A stretch of DNA of 63,971 nt, filler included, from Octopus bimaculoides (lineage: Eukaryota): assembly GCF_001194135.2 (NCBI RefSeq). It is 5 parts of 5 records of this genome, joined end to end, with 100 filler letters (N's around TTAATTAATTAA, not from the genome) between each part and the next. Parts side by side here need not be neighbours in the genome. Positions count along the whole stretch, not along the records: positions 62,856 to 63,971 come from NW_026420805.1; 4 more parts are not named here. One strand, written 5' to 3'. This document shows, in pieces, positions 63,927-63,971 of the stretch; the first letter of the stretch is position 1, and every line of letters starts with the position of its first letter. The notes beneath the pieces were generated by a model. That model searched no databases, had not been told where the DNA came from, and was given only the letters and a program-made list of their open reading frames with translations. A program made the position numbers and the translations under genes.

Positions 63927-63971
63927 TTCTTCTTCTTCTTCTTCTTCTTCTTCTTCTTCTTCTTCTTCTTC
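63927..63971. repeat. (TTC)n microsatellite
   Basis: Direct reading. Confidence 0.95.

Noticed and set aside
1-63971. CRISPR arrays, prokaryotic operons or terminators
   Set aside because: Eukaryotic repeat landscape; no regularly spaced repeat-spacer structure.

Overview
AT-rich, microsatellite- and gap-riddled animal genomic DNA. The SINE, RTE and MITE families match my recollection of Octopus (cephalopod) genomes; this is an inference. I found no supportable host protein-coding exon, rRNA or true tRNA gene, so the window looks intergenic or deep intronic. Most ORF-track entries are microsatellite or N-gap artefacts. The window is a layered transposon graveyard: at least five tRNA-derived SINE families, RTE LINE fragments, a GC-rich Tx1/L1-type LINE, several Penelope-like element (PLE) remnants, four mariners (one full-length, DD34D type), a Helitron cluster with a RepHel helicase remnant the ORF track misses, piggyBac-type MITEs and a solo LTR. 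The most interesting signal is hammerhead ribozymes (HHR). A tRNA-headed SINE (three copies) carries a PLE-type minimal HHR in its tail; two copies flank a Penelope endonuclease head-to-head, and one is split by a Tx1 LINE in its (AAT)n linker. Several unrelated HHR motifs lie elsewhere, and the one at 34845-34925 has a fully intact catalytic core. All structures were read by eye and need computational confirmation.
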